The notes under the pieces were generated by a model. The model was given only the letters and a program-made list of their open reading frames with translations, had not been told where the DNA came from and ran no database searches. The position numbers and the translations under genes were made by a program. This document shows positions 55,499 through 64,000 of a DNA stretch of 64,000 nt, one piece after another. Source of the stretch: Chloroherpetonaceae bacterium (lineage in GTDB: Bacteria > Bacteroidota > Chlorobiia > Chlorobiales > Thermochlorobacteraceae). The stretch is from the NCBI GenBank assembly GCA_025056565.1, contig JANWWA010000002.1, positions 179,456 through 243,455 of the forward strand, written 5' to 3'. Each line of letters starts with the position of its first letter. The stretch's first letter is position 1.

Positions 55499-56444
55499 TC
55501 AAACCGACCCTGCCTTGCTGCGGCAACTCAGTTGCACAAAGTCCAGCAGCGTTCTCGCCTTCGCACCATCGCCATAGATGCTGGGCTTGGTGGTGTCAGT
55601 CGTCGCATCGGAGAGCGGGAAGCGACCATCGGCGCGCGTGATGAGTTCTTGAAAGCGACCAAGTTGCTCGGCATAGTTCAAGCTGGCTGTCCATTTCAAC
55701 TTCGTGCGAGCTTCGTCATCAAAGCGGAGAACGGAGAAGAGGCTGGTGCGCAGTCCACGATCTTGTGCGGGACACTCAATTTGCTGGCGGTCGCGCTCAA
55801 ATTGTTGGCGCTCATCAATTGTAGTGTAGAAATTAGCACGCAGTGTGGTTGTAAGCCGCACGGCGTTATCCCACTGCTGCGACCATGCGAGGTTTGCAAT
55901 GATGTGCGAGAAGGTTTCTTCAGTGCGGCGTAGGTCATCTTGCGAGCGCGTGAAATTAAGTTCTGCAGTGAGATGGGTGCGTTTGTCAAAAAAAGTTCCA
56001 GCCCGCCCCGAGCGTGCTTTCAAAGGTTTGCGGATTGAGCCGAAGGCGCGCTTGAGGCTTGTAAGCCGTGGCACGCGTCTGCACGAGAATCGCGCCGACC
56101 GTAAGGTCGCCATGCCGCGCCAATGGAATGCCGCGTATGACTTCAATCGACTCAATGTTATCCGCTGAAAACTGCCTGAGGTCTAAGCGCACGATTCCAA
56201 TGCGTTCAAAGACGATGTCGAGCTTGGTTGGCGGGAGATTCTCCAGTCGGAAAAATCCGCGTGCATCCGTGAAGGTGAAAGCGCTTGTGCCAAGCACGCG
56301 CACCAGCACATCTGGCAGCGGCTCTGCGCCTTCGACGGCGCGCACGGTGCCTATAAGCGTGGCTCGCCGTTCTTGTCCCAAAACGATGCAAGTCGTTTGC
56401 AAAATGAGTAGAAAAGCAAGCGCAAGCCGAGCGTGGAACTGCAT
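55499..56444 (-). pseudogene. decayed TonB-dependent receptor gene (frameshifted, most of the plug and most of the barrel missing)
   Basis: ORF 55986..56444 has a signal peptide, a CarboxypepD_reg domain (ATLIGTVRAVEGAEPLPDVLVRVLGTSAFTFTDARGFFRLENLPP) and only the end of a plug (NIESIEVIRGIPLARHGDLTVGAILVQTR). It stops inside a T7 run (55988..55994). Beta-strand-like sequence continues in the +1 frame (FFDKRTHLTAELNFTRSQDD...) to 55499. The total is about 315 aa, against 866 aa for the intact paralog at 60406..63003. Confidence 0.6.
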
Positions 56445-56461
56445 TTGAGTAAATCCTGCCT

Positions 56462-56476
56462 TGCAAATGATTTGCA
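56462..56476. promoter_or_regulatory. perfect 7-1-7 palindrome TGCAAAT-G-ATTTGCA, a candidate Fur-family-type operator
   Basis: It lies 18-32 nt upstream of the start codon (56444) of the TonB-receptor remnant. The architecture and the AAT-N-ATT core resemble the Bacillus-type Fur box TGATAAT-N-ATTATCA, matching 5 of 7 positions per half-site. Confidence 0.35.
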
Positions 56477-56951
56477 GGATACAACAATTCTCGCAAACTT
56501 CAAAGGACGATGGGTAAAGTGAGGTTCAGCTTTCTGCGAGGAATCGTTAAGCTGACTAAATTGCAAGGCGACTAAAAACTTGCTTCAAAGGTGCAGTGAT
56601 GTGGTGAATGCGAAGCAAAACCAGTTACTCTGCCACAAAAGCGAGTTCTTTTCTTCGCAAGAAGAGGAATGAGAGGTAAGGCTCACTTCCGAGCGAAAGT
56701 CTTGGAGAGAAGTCAGCGGTAAAGCCTAAATCTCACTGCACTCAGAATAGCTACGCTGAGATATCTGAGATGAAGAATGCAAGGCGTTGAGAGGGTGTAG
56801 TACTGCATAGATGAATGATACAGATGCATAGAACGAGGAAATAGGAATGTCCTACTGCGTGAGCTAAGTTGAAACTTTTTGTAGAGCGACTACTTTTCAG
56901 CAAGCAAGCGGGTGAGCTTGTTTTACAAACATCTTGACAATGGAGGAAAGT

Positions 56952-57713
56952 ATGGAGAAACAGTTTGATGGTAAAGTAGCGCTGGTAACTGGCGGCGCAT
57001 CGGGCATTGGTCGCGCAACAGCAATCGCTTTTGCGCGAGCGGGTGCAAAAGTGGCTGTAGCAGATGTGCAAGTCGCAGGCGCAGAAGAAACCGCAAAAAT
57101 GATTCATGCGGCAGGTGGAGAGGCAATGTGCATCAAAGCCGATGTCTCCAAAGCAGCAGACGTTGAGGCGATGGTCAAAGCCGTCGTTCAAAAGTATGGT
57201 CGGCTAGATTGTGCATTTAATAACGCTGGCATTGAAGGCGCAACAGCCCCAACTGCGGAGAGCACAGAAGAGAACTGGGATAAGGTTATTGACATCAACC
57301 TTAAAGGCGTGTGGCTGTGCATGAAGTACGAAATTCAGCAGATGCTGCGTCAGGGCGGTGGAGCAATTGTTAACACGGCGTCAGTCGCTGGGTTAGTTGG
57401 GTTTCCAGGTATGGCAGCCTACTGCGCCTCTAAGGGTGGCGTAGTGCAACTGACACGCACAGCCGCTCTCGAATATGCAAAAGCCGGTATTCGTGTCAAT
57501 GCTGTATGCCCAGGTGCAATTCAAACTCCGATGGTAGAACGCGTGATTGCACGGCAACCAGAAATGGAACAAGCGATTGTGGCAATGGAGCCAATCGGCC
57601 GCCTCGGACAACCAAACGAGATTGCCGAAGCCGTTGTGTGGCTGTGCTCAGATGCAGCATCATTTGTAACAGGGCACCCGATGGTTATTGATGGCGGTTT
57701 AGTGGCGCAGTGA
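56952..57713 (+). CDS. SDR family short-chain dehydrogenase/reductase
   Basis: The cofactor motif is TGGASGIGRA, followed by NNAG, and the catalytic motif is S...YCASKGG (YxxxK). GGAGG lies 5 nt upstream of the ATG at 56952. Confidence 0.9.
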   Translation: MEKQFDGKVALVTGGASGIGRATAIAFARAGAKVAVADVQVAGAEETAKMIHAAGGEAMCIKADVSKAADVEAMVKAVVQKYGRLDCAFNNAGIEGATAPTAESTEENWDKVIDINLKGVWLCMKYEIQQMLRQGGGAIVNTASVAGLVGFPGMAAYCASKGGVVQLTRTAALEYAKAGIRVNAVCPGAIQTPMVERVIARQPEMEQAIVAMEPIGRLGQPNEIAEAVVWLCSDAASFVTGHPMVIDGGLVAQ

Positions 57714-57742
57714 GAAATGCATTAAATCTCGCGTCGTATAAG

Positions 57743-57767
57743 CCCTTGCCTCGAGCAAGGGTTTTTT
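57743..57767 (+). terminator. intrinsic terminator after the SDR gene
   Basis: CCCTTGC-ctcga-GCAAGGG (7-bp stem) is followed by TTTTTT. Confidence 0.8.
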
Positions 57768-57787
57768 CTTGATGAATAGCTTCCAGT

Positions 57788-59152
57788 TTGACTGCATCAA
57801 GCAATCGTGTAAATTTTGCCCTTTCAACAATTGCAGAAGTATCTCATTTGAACCATCTCTTTTGGAAAAAGCTGGTTGCAGTGTGGAGCAGTGTGTGGCT
57901 GGTGCTCCCTCTGATGGCGCAAACACCTGCGGAGTGGCTAAAAAAAGGCGAAGCAGAATTGGAGCGCCAAGAGTATGCTGCTGCACTGCTGTCTCTAAAT
58001 CGCGCATTGCAAGGCGATTCAGCTGTGCAGTGGAAAGCCCTTGTAAAGCGCGGGTATGCACGATTGTGCTTGCAAGATACAGTGGGTGCGTTGCAAGATT
58101 ACAGCCGAGCTGTCTTGCTACGGCGTCGCGAACCAGATGCATACTTTTACCGCGCCATGCTGCGCCTATCGCAACGAGATTATGCACGCGCAGTAGCCGA
58201 CCTTTCCGCCGTCATTACGCTCAATCCGAAGCTTCCCGCAGCGTTCTACTACCGAGCAGTGGCCCAGGTTCATCTGGGCGAGCTGAATGAAGCAGAAAGC
58301 GACTTATCAGCGGCACTCGAGCTTGAGCCAAATTTTGCGGACGCCTATTCGCTGCGCGGGCACTGCTGGGTTGCAAAAGGCAACGACACGCTGGCTATCA
58401 CAGCCTTCTCGCAAGCCTTGAAAATTCGTCCTACCGCCGATGACTACTACCAACGCGGAATGGCACGCTGGCGATTGCATCGTGCGCTGGAAGCCGTGCT
58501 GGATTTTGACAATGCAATTGCACTCAACGCCAACGAAGCCAAATACTACTTCGCACGGGGTCGAGCAAAGCGCGATGCAGGTCTGCGCTCCGAAGCCTTC
58601 AGCGACTTTTTGGCAGCACGCACCAAAGGCTACGAAGAAGCGGAGCCTTACCTCAAACTTTATGGGGCATCAGAAGAAAAGCGCCGAGAAGACTCACTGC
58701 GTATTTACGGCGTAAGAGAAATTGTGGTGGAAGCCAACGCACCAGCATTTGAGCAATTTGTTCGGGAAACCAAATCGATTGCGCTGCAGGGTGTGGCAAT
58801 TGCGCAGTATGCATCTGAGCAATTGAGCACAGGTTTTGCACCCGTTGTATTACCTAATGCAAGTTTGGAGATGTCCCCCAACGAATGCAACAGGGTGTTG
58901 GTGCAAGTGCGCCGCCCAAGCCAAATCCCGATTCAGTGCATTGCGCAACTCTTGCGCGAACAAGCCAGCAAAACAAGTGATGCCACTATCAAGGATCTCT
59001 CGTTTCAGCTGACCACCGTGGTGCGAGAGATGGACATTGCACGGCAAATGCCGCTTGCCGCTAACGAGGTGCGCTCACGCCTGCTGGAAGCACGCCGACT
59101 CCTGCAACAACTAAACGACTACCTTGCGACCAAACAGAAATCGCCACGATGA
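57788..59152 (+). CDS. TPR-repeat protein, probably exported
   Basis: There are at least 6 TPR-like units (e.g. AFYYRAVAQVHLGELNEAESDLSAALELEPNFADAYSLRGHCWVAKGN). A likelier start is the TTG at 57848, giving the signal-like MNHLFWKKLVAVWSSVWLVLPLMA. Confidence 0.8.
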   Translation: MTASSNRVNFALSTIAEVSHLNHLFWKKLVAVWSSVWLVLPLMAQTPAEWLKKGEAELERQEYAAALLSLNRALQGDSAVQWKALVKRGYARLCLQDTVGALQDYSRAVLLRRREPDAYFYRAMLRLSQRDYARAVADLSAVITLNPKLPAAFYYRAVAQVHLGELNEAESDLSAALELEPNFADAYSLRGHCWVAKGNDTLAITAFSQALKIRPTADDYYQRGMARWRLHRALEAVLDFDNAIALNANEAKYYFARGRAKRDAGLRSEAFSDFLAARTKGYEEAEPYLKLYGASEEKRREDSLRIYGVREIVVEANAPAFEQFVRETKSIALQGVAIAQYASEQLSTGFAPVVLPNASLEMSPNECNRVLVQVRRPSQIPIQCIAQLLREQASKTSDATIKDLSFQLTTVVREMDIARQMPLAANEVRSRLLEARRLLQQLNDYLATKQKSPR

Positions 59153-59156
59153 AAGT

Positions 59157-60212
59157 ATGCACCACTACACTGCACTCCCGTCTATCTTCTCCTATCACGA
59201 CCTTGCACCGAACTTAGACCTCCCTGCACTGCTTAGGAAACTCTCGCCACCACCACGCTTCGCCCATACCACGCTTGCAAGCTATCTGCCTGACCCCCAT
59301 CACCCGACGCAAGCTGCCGCCAAAGCCTATCTGCAAAATTTTGTTGCTCGCTTGAACCGCCAGCAAAATGGACTTGGCAAATTGCTCAAGGCTTTTGTGC
59401 CAGAAAATATCGTCGGTATCTATCTCGACGGTGGATTTGGCGTGGGGAAAACCCATCTCTTGGCAGGCGTCTATCAAGCCTTTGCAGGCAAAAAAGTCTA
59501 TCTCTCCTTTACAGAATTGATGTATCTCATCGGATACTTGGGCTTGGAACGGGCATCAGCAGAACTGGGTGCAGCACAGCTTATCTGCATTGACGAGTTT
59601 GAGCTGGATGATCCGGGCAATACCACAATGGCACTGGGCTTTTTGCAACGCGTCTTTGCGCAAGGAGCGGTGGTGGTCACAACTTCCAACACACCACCTT
59701 CACGCTTGGGAGAGGGACGGTTTGCCGTGCAAGATTTCCAGCGTGAGATAGCCATGCTCTCCGCGAAATTCCACGTCGTGAGAATTGACGGGCCAGACTA
59801 TCGCTTGCGTCATCACGCCTCACAAAGTACACACTCTACTTGGCATTTGCAAGGTCTAAGACGGCTTTTTTCGGACTACCACCCTGCAAAGCTGCGCAAG
59901 AAAGCCTACTTTACTGGCGAAGAGCTAAGCCACTTTCTGCGACAACTTCACCCCATGCGATACCTCGAGATAGCCGAAATGTTAGATGCGGTATTTCTCG
60001 AGCACCTTGCTGCGCTCACTGACCAGTATGATGCGCTTCGCTTCGTGTATTTCGTAGATAAACTCTATGACTACCAAAGCAAACTCTTCGTTGCTGATAG
60101 CGTCCCAATTGAGACGCTGTTTCCAAGCGATTTCTACAAGTCTGCTTACGCCAAGAAGTATTTGCGTTGCCTGTCGCGCCTAAGAGAAATTTGTGAGCAA
60201 GCGCCAGCCTGA
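59157..60212 (+). CDS. zapE: AFG1/ZapE family ATPase
   Basis: Walker A is GGFGVGKTHL, Walker B is LICIDEFELDD, and VVVTTSNTPP is typical of AFG1-like ATPases. The ATG at 59157 follows the TPR gene's stop. Confidence 0.85.
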   Translation: MHHYTALPSIFSYHDLAPNLDLPALLRKLSPPPRFAHTTLASYLPDPHHPTQAAAKAYLQNFVARLNRQQNGLGKLLKAFVPENIVGIYLDGGFGVGKTHLLAGVYQAFAGKKVYLSFTELMYLIGYLGLERASAELGAAQLICIDEFELDDPGNTTMALGFLQRVFAQGAVVVTTSNTPPSRLGEGRFAVQDFQREIAMLSAKFHVVRIDGPDYRLRHHASQSTHSTWHLQGLRRLFSDYHPAKLRKKAYFTGEELSHFLRQLHPMRYLEIAEMLDAVFLEHLAALTDQYDALRFVYFVDKLYDYQSKLFVADSVPIETLFPSDFYKSAYAKKYLRCLSRLREICEQAPA

Positions 60213-60348
60213 GCGGCGCTAATAGACGAAGTGCAGCATAGCGGTAGAAAAAGCCACCGCATAACGCTGGTACTTGGGAATTGCAGAAATGCTTTGGCAA
60301 AAAAGAGGTGCAAGCTTCTGCAATCTTGATTTTGAGCCGAAAGGTGTA

Positions 60349-60382
60349 GAGAAAACAAAAAGGCGAGCGGGGGTCGCTCGCT
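60349..60382 (-). terminator. intrinsic terminator after the TonB-dependent receptor gene
   Basis: The minus strand reads GCGAGCG-acccc-CGCTCGC followed by CTTTTTGTTTTC, beginning about 25 nt after the stop at 60406. Confidence 0.75.
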
Positions 60383-60405
60383 CTAATTCCATGCAGCCCT
60401 GCACT

Positions 60406-63003
60406 TTACCGATTAATTAAGCTACCCAGTGCGTAGGAGAGCTGTGCTGAGAAGAATCGGCGCATAATCGGTGCACCAACGACATCAGGTGTTTGATTAT
60501 CAAAGATGTTGTTGATGCTCCCCTGAATCGTGATGCCTAAGTCCTTCCACTCGTAGCCGATTGTAAGATCGACAACGGTGCGGTCGTTAAGCGTGCCATT
60601 CCAGCGACCGGCTCGGAAAGTGTAGCTGGGGATATGTCGGGCGTGCAAGATGGCGTATGTGCCTTGCACCAGTTGGTTACGCATTGTAAGCGTGCCTTTG
60701 AACTTCCAATTTGGTGCGTTGAGCAGAAGCGGAATACCTTGAGCAGCAAAAGGATTGTCGGAATCCAGCAGCGACATATACGACATGCTGCCCTCGAAAA
60801 ACACATCAGAATTAAGGTAATACGACAAGCCTAAATCAAACCCTGCAATGGTCGCAGCGCCGTAGTTGAAGTAGGTGGTAAGCTGACCCGCTACGCCAGG
60901 AAAGAGCGGTCGCCCTTGTGCATCTTCCAGCACCCCAACGCGCCGATTCGTGCGGTTGTCGTAAGCAAATGTGCGCACCCCGTCAGCAATCTGAAAAGCA
61001 GGGCTGATAAAGTTGGTGTAGCGTGAGTAAAATGCAACAAAATCCACAAAGAGCTTGCGCTCAAAGAGTCCTTTGTAGCCAACTTCAAAGGCGTTGACTT
61101 CTTCGGGACGCAGCGGGTTATAGACGGCAACCACATTGCCAGTAGGATTGCCTTGCGCGTCAGGAGCACCGTCACGCACGGTGTAACCACCCACATTGCC
61201 ACGTGCAGCCCCATTGAAGAGAAAGAGGTGATTTTCCAAGATGACAGGCACTTTAAATGCACGGTTGTAGCCCAGCCGAATGTTTTGATTGTCTGCCACT
61301 TCATAGCCGATACTGACTTTGGGGCTAAATTGTGGGTCGTAGTATGTGTGGTCATCTAAGCGCGCAGCAAGGGTCAAGCGAAGCTTATTGTCTAAGAATC
61401 GCTTGTCGATTTGGAGGTAACCGCCGATTTCTGTCGCTGTAATATCAATCGCAAGGAAGTTGGAGACGTTGGTAAGATTAATGTTAGGATTGTTGGAAAG
61501 GTAACTGGCTTTTGGATTGTAGAAGCGATACTGAAAGCCGCCGACAAGTTCAAAGCCGGCAAGGTCATAGCGTAGTTGCAGCTCTGAATCCCAGAGTTGA
61601 GACTGGTCAATGGTGGCAGAGGCAGAATCAATAAAACTGCGTCGCACTTGTGCCAGAGCTTGGTCGCGTGTAAGCGACGCGCCGCCGGGCAAAGAGCGCA
61701 AGCGAATGACCTCGCGTGCAAACCACTCTGCGCGGTCGTGCAATTGAAACGACTTGCCTGCATCATTTGCCGTGCGCGTAACTTGCAGGAAAAAGCCCAA
61801 ACCGCCCAATGAACCATTCGCTTGCAAGCTCTGATATTGAATTTGATACTCATTGGCTTCCAGAACGCCAAAGTTGCTACCTACGAACCCTGTAGAAGAC
61901 GACACGCCCGCCATAAAGCGCACATTGAAATCATCTGTGCGGTAATACAGCCCGCCATCGAGCTTACGCAAGCCTGCGCGCATTGCGGAGACTTCAGTTT
62001 CTCGGTAAGCATAACCTAAGTTGAAGAATTGGTCGAGTGTGGCTTGCGTAATACGCAGCGGATTAGGCGTCTCAGGATTAAGCAACGTTTGATTCTGACC
62101 GATGTAAGTTGGGGGCACAAACATAAAGATGTTGCCGCTCTCAAACTGATTGGCATCCATCCACTGTCCTGTAATTTTCCAGCCAAAGTTGCCCGCATAG
62201 TCCGCATAACGCAGGTTAATGTCATAAAGTGACTGTGTGCCGCCACGAACGACAAGCTCTGCGCCCGCATAATCAAATGGGTTTTTGGTCAGCATATTCA
62301 CCACACCAGCATGAGCATTAGGGCCGTAAAGAGCCGCTGCGGGACCAACCACGATTTCGACAGCCGCTAAGTCGCTGGCAGGATTCGGTGCAAGCATAAA
62401 TTGCGGCAAACCCAAACCCGGCAAAGTGGCTAGCCGTCCGTCAATCAGCGTGAGCATACGTGTATTAAACTGGGTATTTAAGCCGCGTGACATAATATCC
62501 ACTGTGTTGATACCGCGTTCAACAAAATCAATCCCTTTGAGTTTAGCCACCGCACCCAGCGGAGAAGGACTGGCACTTTGACGCATGGCTTGAATATCTG
62601 CGGTCTCAATCATAACAGGTGCGTCAAGTTTCTTTTCAGTTCGCCCTTTCGAGGCAGTCACCACCACTTCATCAATCACACGCACTTGCTCACGCAGTTT
62701 GAAGGACAGTTGCACCGTTGCACCATCGGTCAATGTAGCCTCGAGCGTTTGGGGCTGATAACCCACATAGCGAGCGACGACCTTGTATGTGCCCGCTGGC
62801 AAATTCGGAATCTCAAATGTGCCATTGGCTTTCGTGCTGCTGCCATAACGCATGCCCTGAACGACAACACTTGCGCCAACAAGTGGTTCACCTGTCGCTG
62901 CATCAACCACCGTGCCCGTGAGCGTGGCAGTTTGACTGTATGCGAAAGTGGGAAGAAGGAAAAGTGCGTAGAAAAGCCAGTGTAGCAGTTTTTGCATTGT
63001 CAT
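60406..63003 (-). CDS. TonB-dependent outer-membrane receptor with N-terminal CarboxypepD_reg domain
   Basis: From the ATG at 63003 the signal is MTMQKLLHWLFYALFLLPTFAYSQ. CarboxypepD_reg is TLTGTVVDAATGEPLVGASVVV...GTFEIPNLPAGTYKV. The plug is LIDGRLA...AVEIVVGPAAALYGPNAHAGVVNMLTK. A long beta-barrel follows. The 112 residues upstream in the longest ORF are rejected. Confidence 0.9.
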   Translation of the reverse strand: MTMQKLLHWLFYALFLLPTFAYSQTATLTGTVVDAATGEPLVGASVVVQGMRYGSSTKANGTFEIPNLPAGTYKVVARYVGYQPQTLEATLTDGATVQLSFKLREQVRVIDEVVVTASKGRTEKKLDAPVMIETADIQAMRQSASPSPLGAVAKLKGIDFVERGINTVDIMSRGLNTQFNTRMLTLIDGRLATLPGLGLPQFMLAPNPASDLAAVEIVVGPAAALYGPNAHAGVVNMLTKNPFDYAGAELVVRGGTQSLYDINLRYADYAGNFGWKITGQWMDANQFESGNIFMFVPPTYIGQNQTLLNPETPNPLRITQATLDQFFNLGYAYRETEVSAMRAGLRKLDGGLYYRTDDFNVRFMAGVSSSTGFVGSNFGVLEANEYQIQYQSLQANGSLGGLGFFLQVTRTANDAGKSFQLHDRAEWFAREVIRLRSLPGGASLTRDQALAQVRRSFIDSASATIDQSQLWDSELQLRYDLAGFELVGGFQYRFYNPKASYLSNNPNINLTNVSNFLAIDITATEIGGYLQIDKRFLDNKLRLTLAARLDDHTYYDPQFSPKVSIGYEVADNQNIRLGYNRAFKVPVILENHLFLFNGAARGNVGGYTVRDGAPDAQGNPTGNVVAVYNPLRPEEVNAFEVGYKGLFERKLFVDFVAFYSRYTNFISPAFQIADGVRTFAYDNRTNRRVGVLEDAQGRPLFPGVAGQLTTYFNYGAATIAGFDLGLSYYLNSDVFFEGSMSYMSLLDSDNPFAAQGIPLLLNAPNWKFKGTLTMRNQLVQGTYAILHARHIPSYTFRAGRWNGTLNDRTVVDLTIGYEWKDLGITIQGSINNIFDNQTPDVVGAPIMRRFFSAQLSYALGSLINR

Positions 63004-63154
63004 AGTTGTGGTTTTGTTTGTCGCAAAAGCTCGTAAAGCTGTGCTCTGTAAAGTGCAGGAAACTACAAATTTTATTCTGAAAAACAGCATTTCCGACTCG
63101 TGGATTGTCGAGAGCCGCACTCTCGCCACATTTCCAACCACAAGAATACAATAG

Positions 63155-63170
63155 GGCAAATGATTTAGCA
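63155..63170. promoter_or_regulatory. second copy of the GCAAATGATTT core, in the divergent TonB-receptor / ABC-F intergenic region
   Basis: GGCAAATGATTTAGCA shares the contiguous 11-mer GCAAATGATTT with the palindrome at 56462..56476. It lies about 40 nt upstream of the ABC-F ATG and about 150 nt upstream of the receptor start. Confidence 0.3.
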
Positions 63171-63205
63171 GCGTATCGTATCTTTGCAACTTAACTTTCC
63201 AAGTT

Positions 63206-64000
63206 ATGCTGGAAGCACGCAACCTGAACTTGACGATTGGCACAAAGGAACTCTTAACCCAGACATCATTTCGTATCGGAGACCGTGACCGAGTAGGCCT
63301 TGTTGGCGTAAATGGTGCAGGAAAATCCACGCTGCTCAAGTGGATAGCTGGCTATCCGACTGAGCAAACATTGCATGTGGAAGGTGAAATTCTCAAGTCA
63401 TCCGACACGACCATCGGTTACCTGCCACAAGAAATCTCCTTTGAGGGCGATTTAGAAAAGTCAGCATTGGAGTATGTAATGGAGGCAAACGCTAGGCTTC
63501 ACCAGCTCTCGAGAGAAATCGCCCGAATGGAAGTTGAACTGACTCTACCGATAGAACACGAAAGTGAAGCATATACAAGGCTAATTGAGCGTTTCTCTGA
63601 CGCAACAGCAGAATTTGAGCGACTGGGTGGCTACAAGCTGCGTGCAGATGCTGAAAAAGTGCTGATAGGCTTAGGCTTTTCAGAAGACGATTTTCATAAG
63701 CCCGTGAAGGCATTTTCGGGCGGCTGGCAAATGCGACTCCTGATTGCAAAACTGCTGCTGCAAAATCCAACCTTGCTGTTGCTCGATGAGCCAACCAATC
63801 ACCTCGATATGGATTCACTGCGCTGGCTGGAGAATTACCTCCTAAACTACGACGGCGCATTTGTCATCGTCTCGCACGACCGATTTTTCTTAGACAAACT
63901 CACCACCAAAACGCTGGAAATTAGTTTCAGACGCATCACGGAGTATAAAGGCAACTACTCATTCTATGAGACTGAAAAAGCCCTGCGCTATGAGCAGATG
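63206..64000 (+). CDS. ABC-F family ATP-binding protein (3' end outside the window)
   Basis: This gene is not in the ORF track because no stop is reached. My own translation gives [17 protein letters not shown]...[20 protein letters not shown] (Walker A), [16 protein letters not shown] (signature), [12 protein letters not shown] (Walker B) and [11 protein letters not shown]. Confidence 0.9.
   Translation, partial: MLEARNLNLTIGTKELLTQTSFRIGDRDRVGLVGVNGAGKSTLLKWIAGYPTEQTLHVEGEILKSSDTTIGYLPQEISFEGDLEKSALEYVMEANARLHQLSREIARMEVELTLPIEHESEAYTRLIERFSDATAEFERLGGYKLRADAEKVLIGLGFSEDDFHKPVKAFSGGWQMRLLIAKLLLQNPTLLLLDEPTNHLDMDSLRWLENYLLNYDGAFVIVSHDRFFLDKLTTKTLEISFRRITEYKGNYSFYETEKALRYEQM

Noticed and set aside
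56445-56933. A cobalamin or other riboswitch upstream of the TonB-receptor remnant or the SDR gene.
   Set aside because: I found no B12-box (GCCACTG context) or other conserved riboswitch core on either strand. The region is reported only as unexplained non-coding DNA.
63004-63339. The 112-residue N-terminal extension of the TonB-receptor ORF ([10 protein letters not shown]...), which would make it 977 aa.
   Set aside because: The real signal peptide (MTMQKLLHWLFYALFLLPTFAYSQ) starts at the ATG at 63003. The extension runs across the divergent promoter region and antisense into the ABC-F gene start at 63206.
63492-63860. A 122-aa minus-strand ORF from the track.
   Set aside because: It lies entirely antisense to the clear ABC-F ATPase gene (Walker A, signature and Walker B all read on the plus strand).
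1-64000. Search for CRISPR arrays, tRNA/rRNA/tmRNA/RNase P/SRP RNA signatures, transposases, integrases, phage genes, toxin-antitoxin pairs or known defence-system domains.
   Set aside because: None was recognised in the ORF translations or by eye in the intergenic DNA. I looked for regularly spaced repeats, GGTTCGAATCC-like T-arms, the GAGGAAAGTCC RNase P motif and DDE/tyrosine-recombinase motifs, and found none. This was visual inspection only; tRNAscan, Infernal and an HMM scan should confirm it.

Overview
This is a gene-dense chromosomal window of roughly 55 protein genes, about 90% coding. I recognised no rRNA, tRNA, CRISPR array, transposase or integrase by eye. Most of the content is core housekeeping. 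It includes dnaB, dnaX, hisS, trpS, lgt, cdsA, dapD, an RNase E/G-family enzyme, GTP-dependent PEP carboxykinase, a membrane H+-pyrophosphatase, a CCA-adding enzyme, Nnr, MazG, family-4 UDG and ZapE. Envelope and signalling genes are interspersed. Lineage is an inference only: a phototrophic member of the Chlorobi / Bacteroidota-Chlorobiota group. It rests on bchY (chlorophyllide a reductase subunit Y), a T9SS-type C-terminal sorting domain on a subtilase, CarboxypepD_reg-type TonB-dependent receptors and an HU-like/SPOR fusion protein. I did not find a convincing new multi-gene defence-type or mobile system, and I prefer to say so. The observations most worth a second look are these. (1) dnaX is split into a 404-aa and a 200-aa ORF exactly over an A9G run that carries the E. 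coli-type A AAA AAG heptamer in phase. The zero frame would give a short gamma-like product and a -1 shift or +1A slippage a 606-aa tau-like product; alternatively it is a homopolymer sequencing error. (2) A five-gene partner-switching operon has two different GAF-PP2C phosphatases feeding one STAS/kinase pair, with no sigma factor nearby. (3) A stand-alone lipoprotein paralogous to the prodomain of the T9SS-sorted S8 protease encoded just downstream. (4) A Fur-family-like 7-1-7 palindrome lies upstream of a decayed TonB-receptor gene, and its 11-nt core recurs upstream of the intact TonB receptor. (5) An MBOAT plus two SGNH-type proteins form an O-acylation operon. All function calls come from motif recognition in the supplied translations. 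No database search was run.
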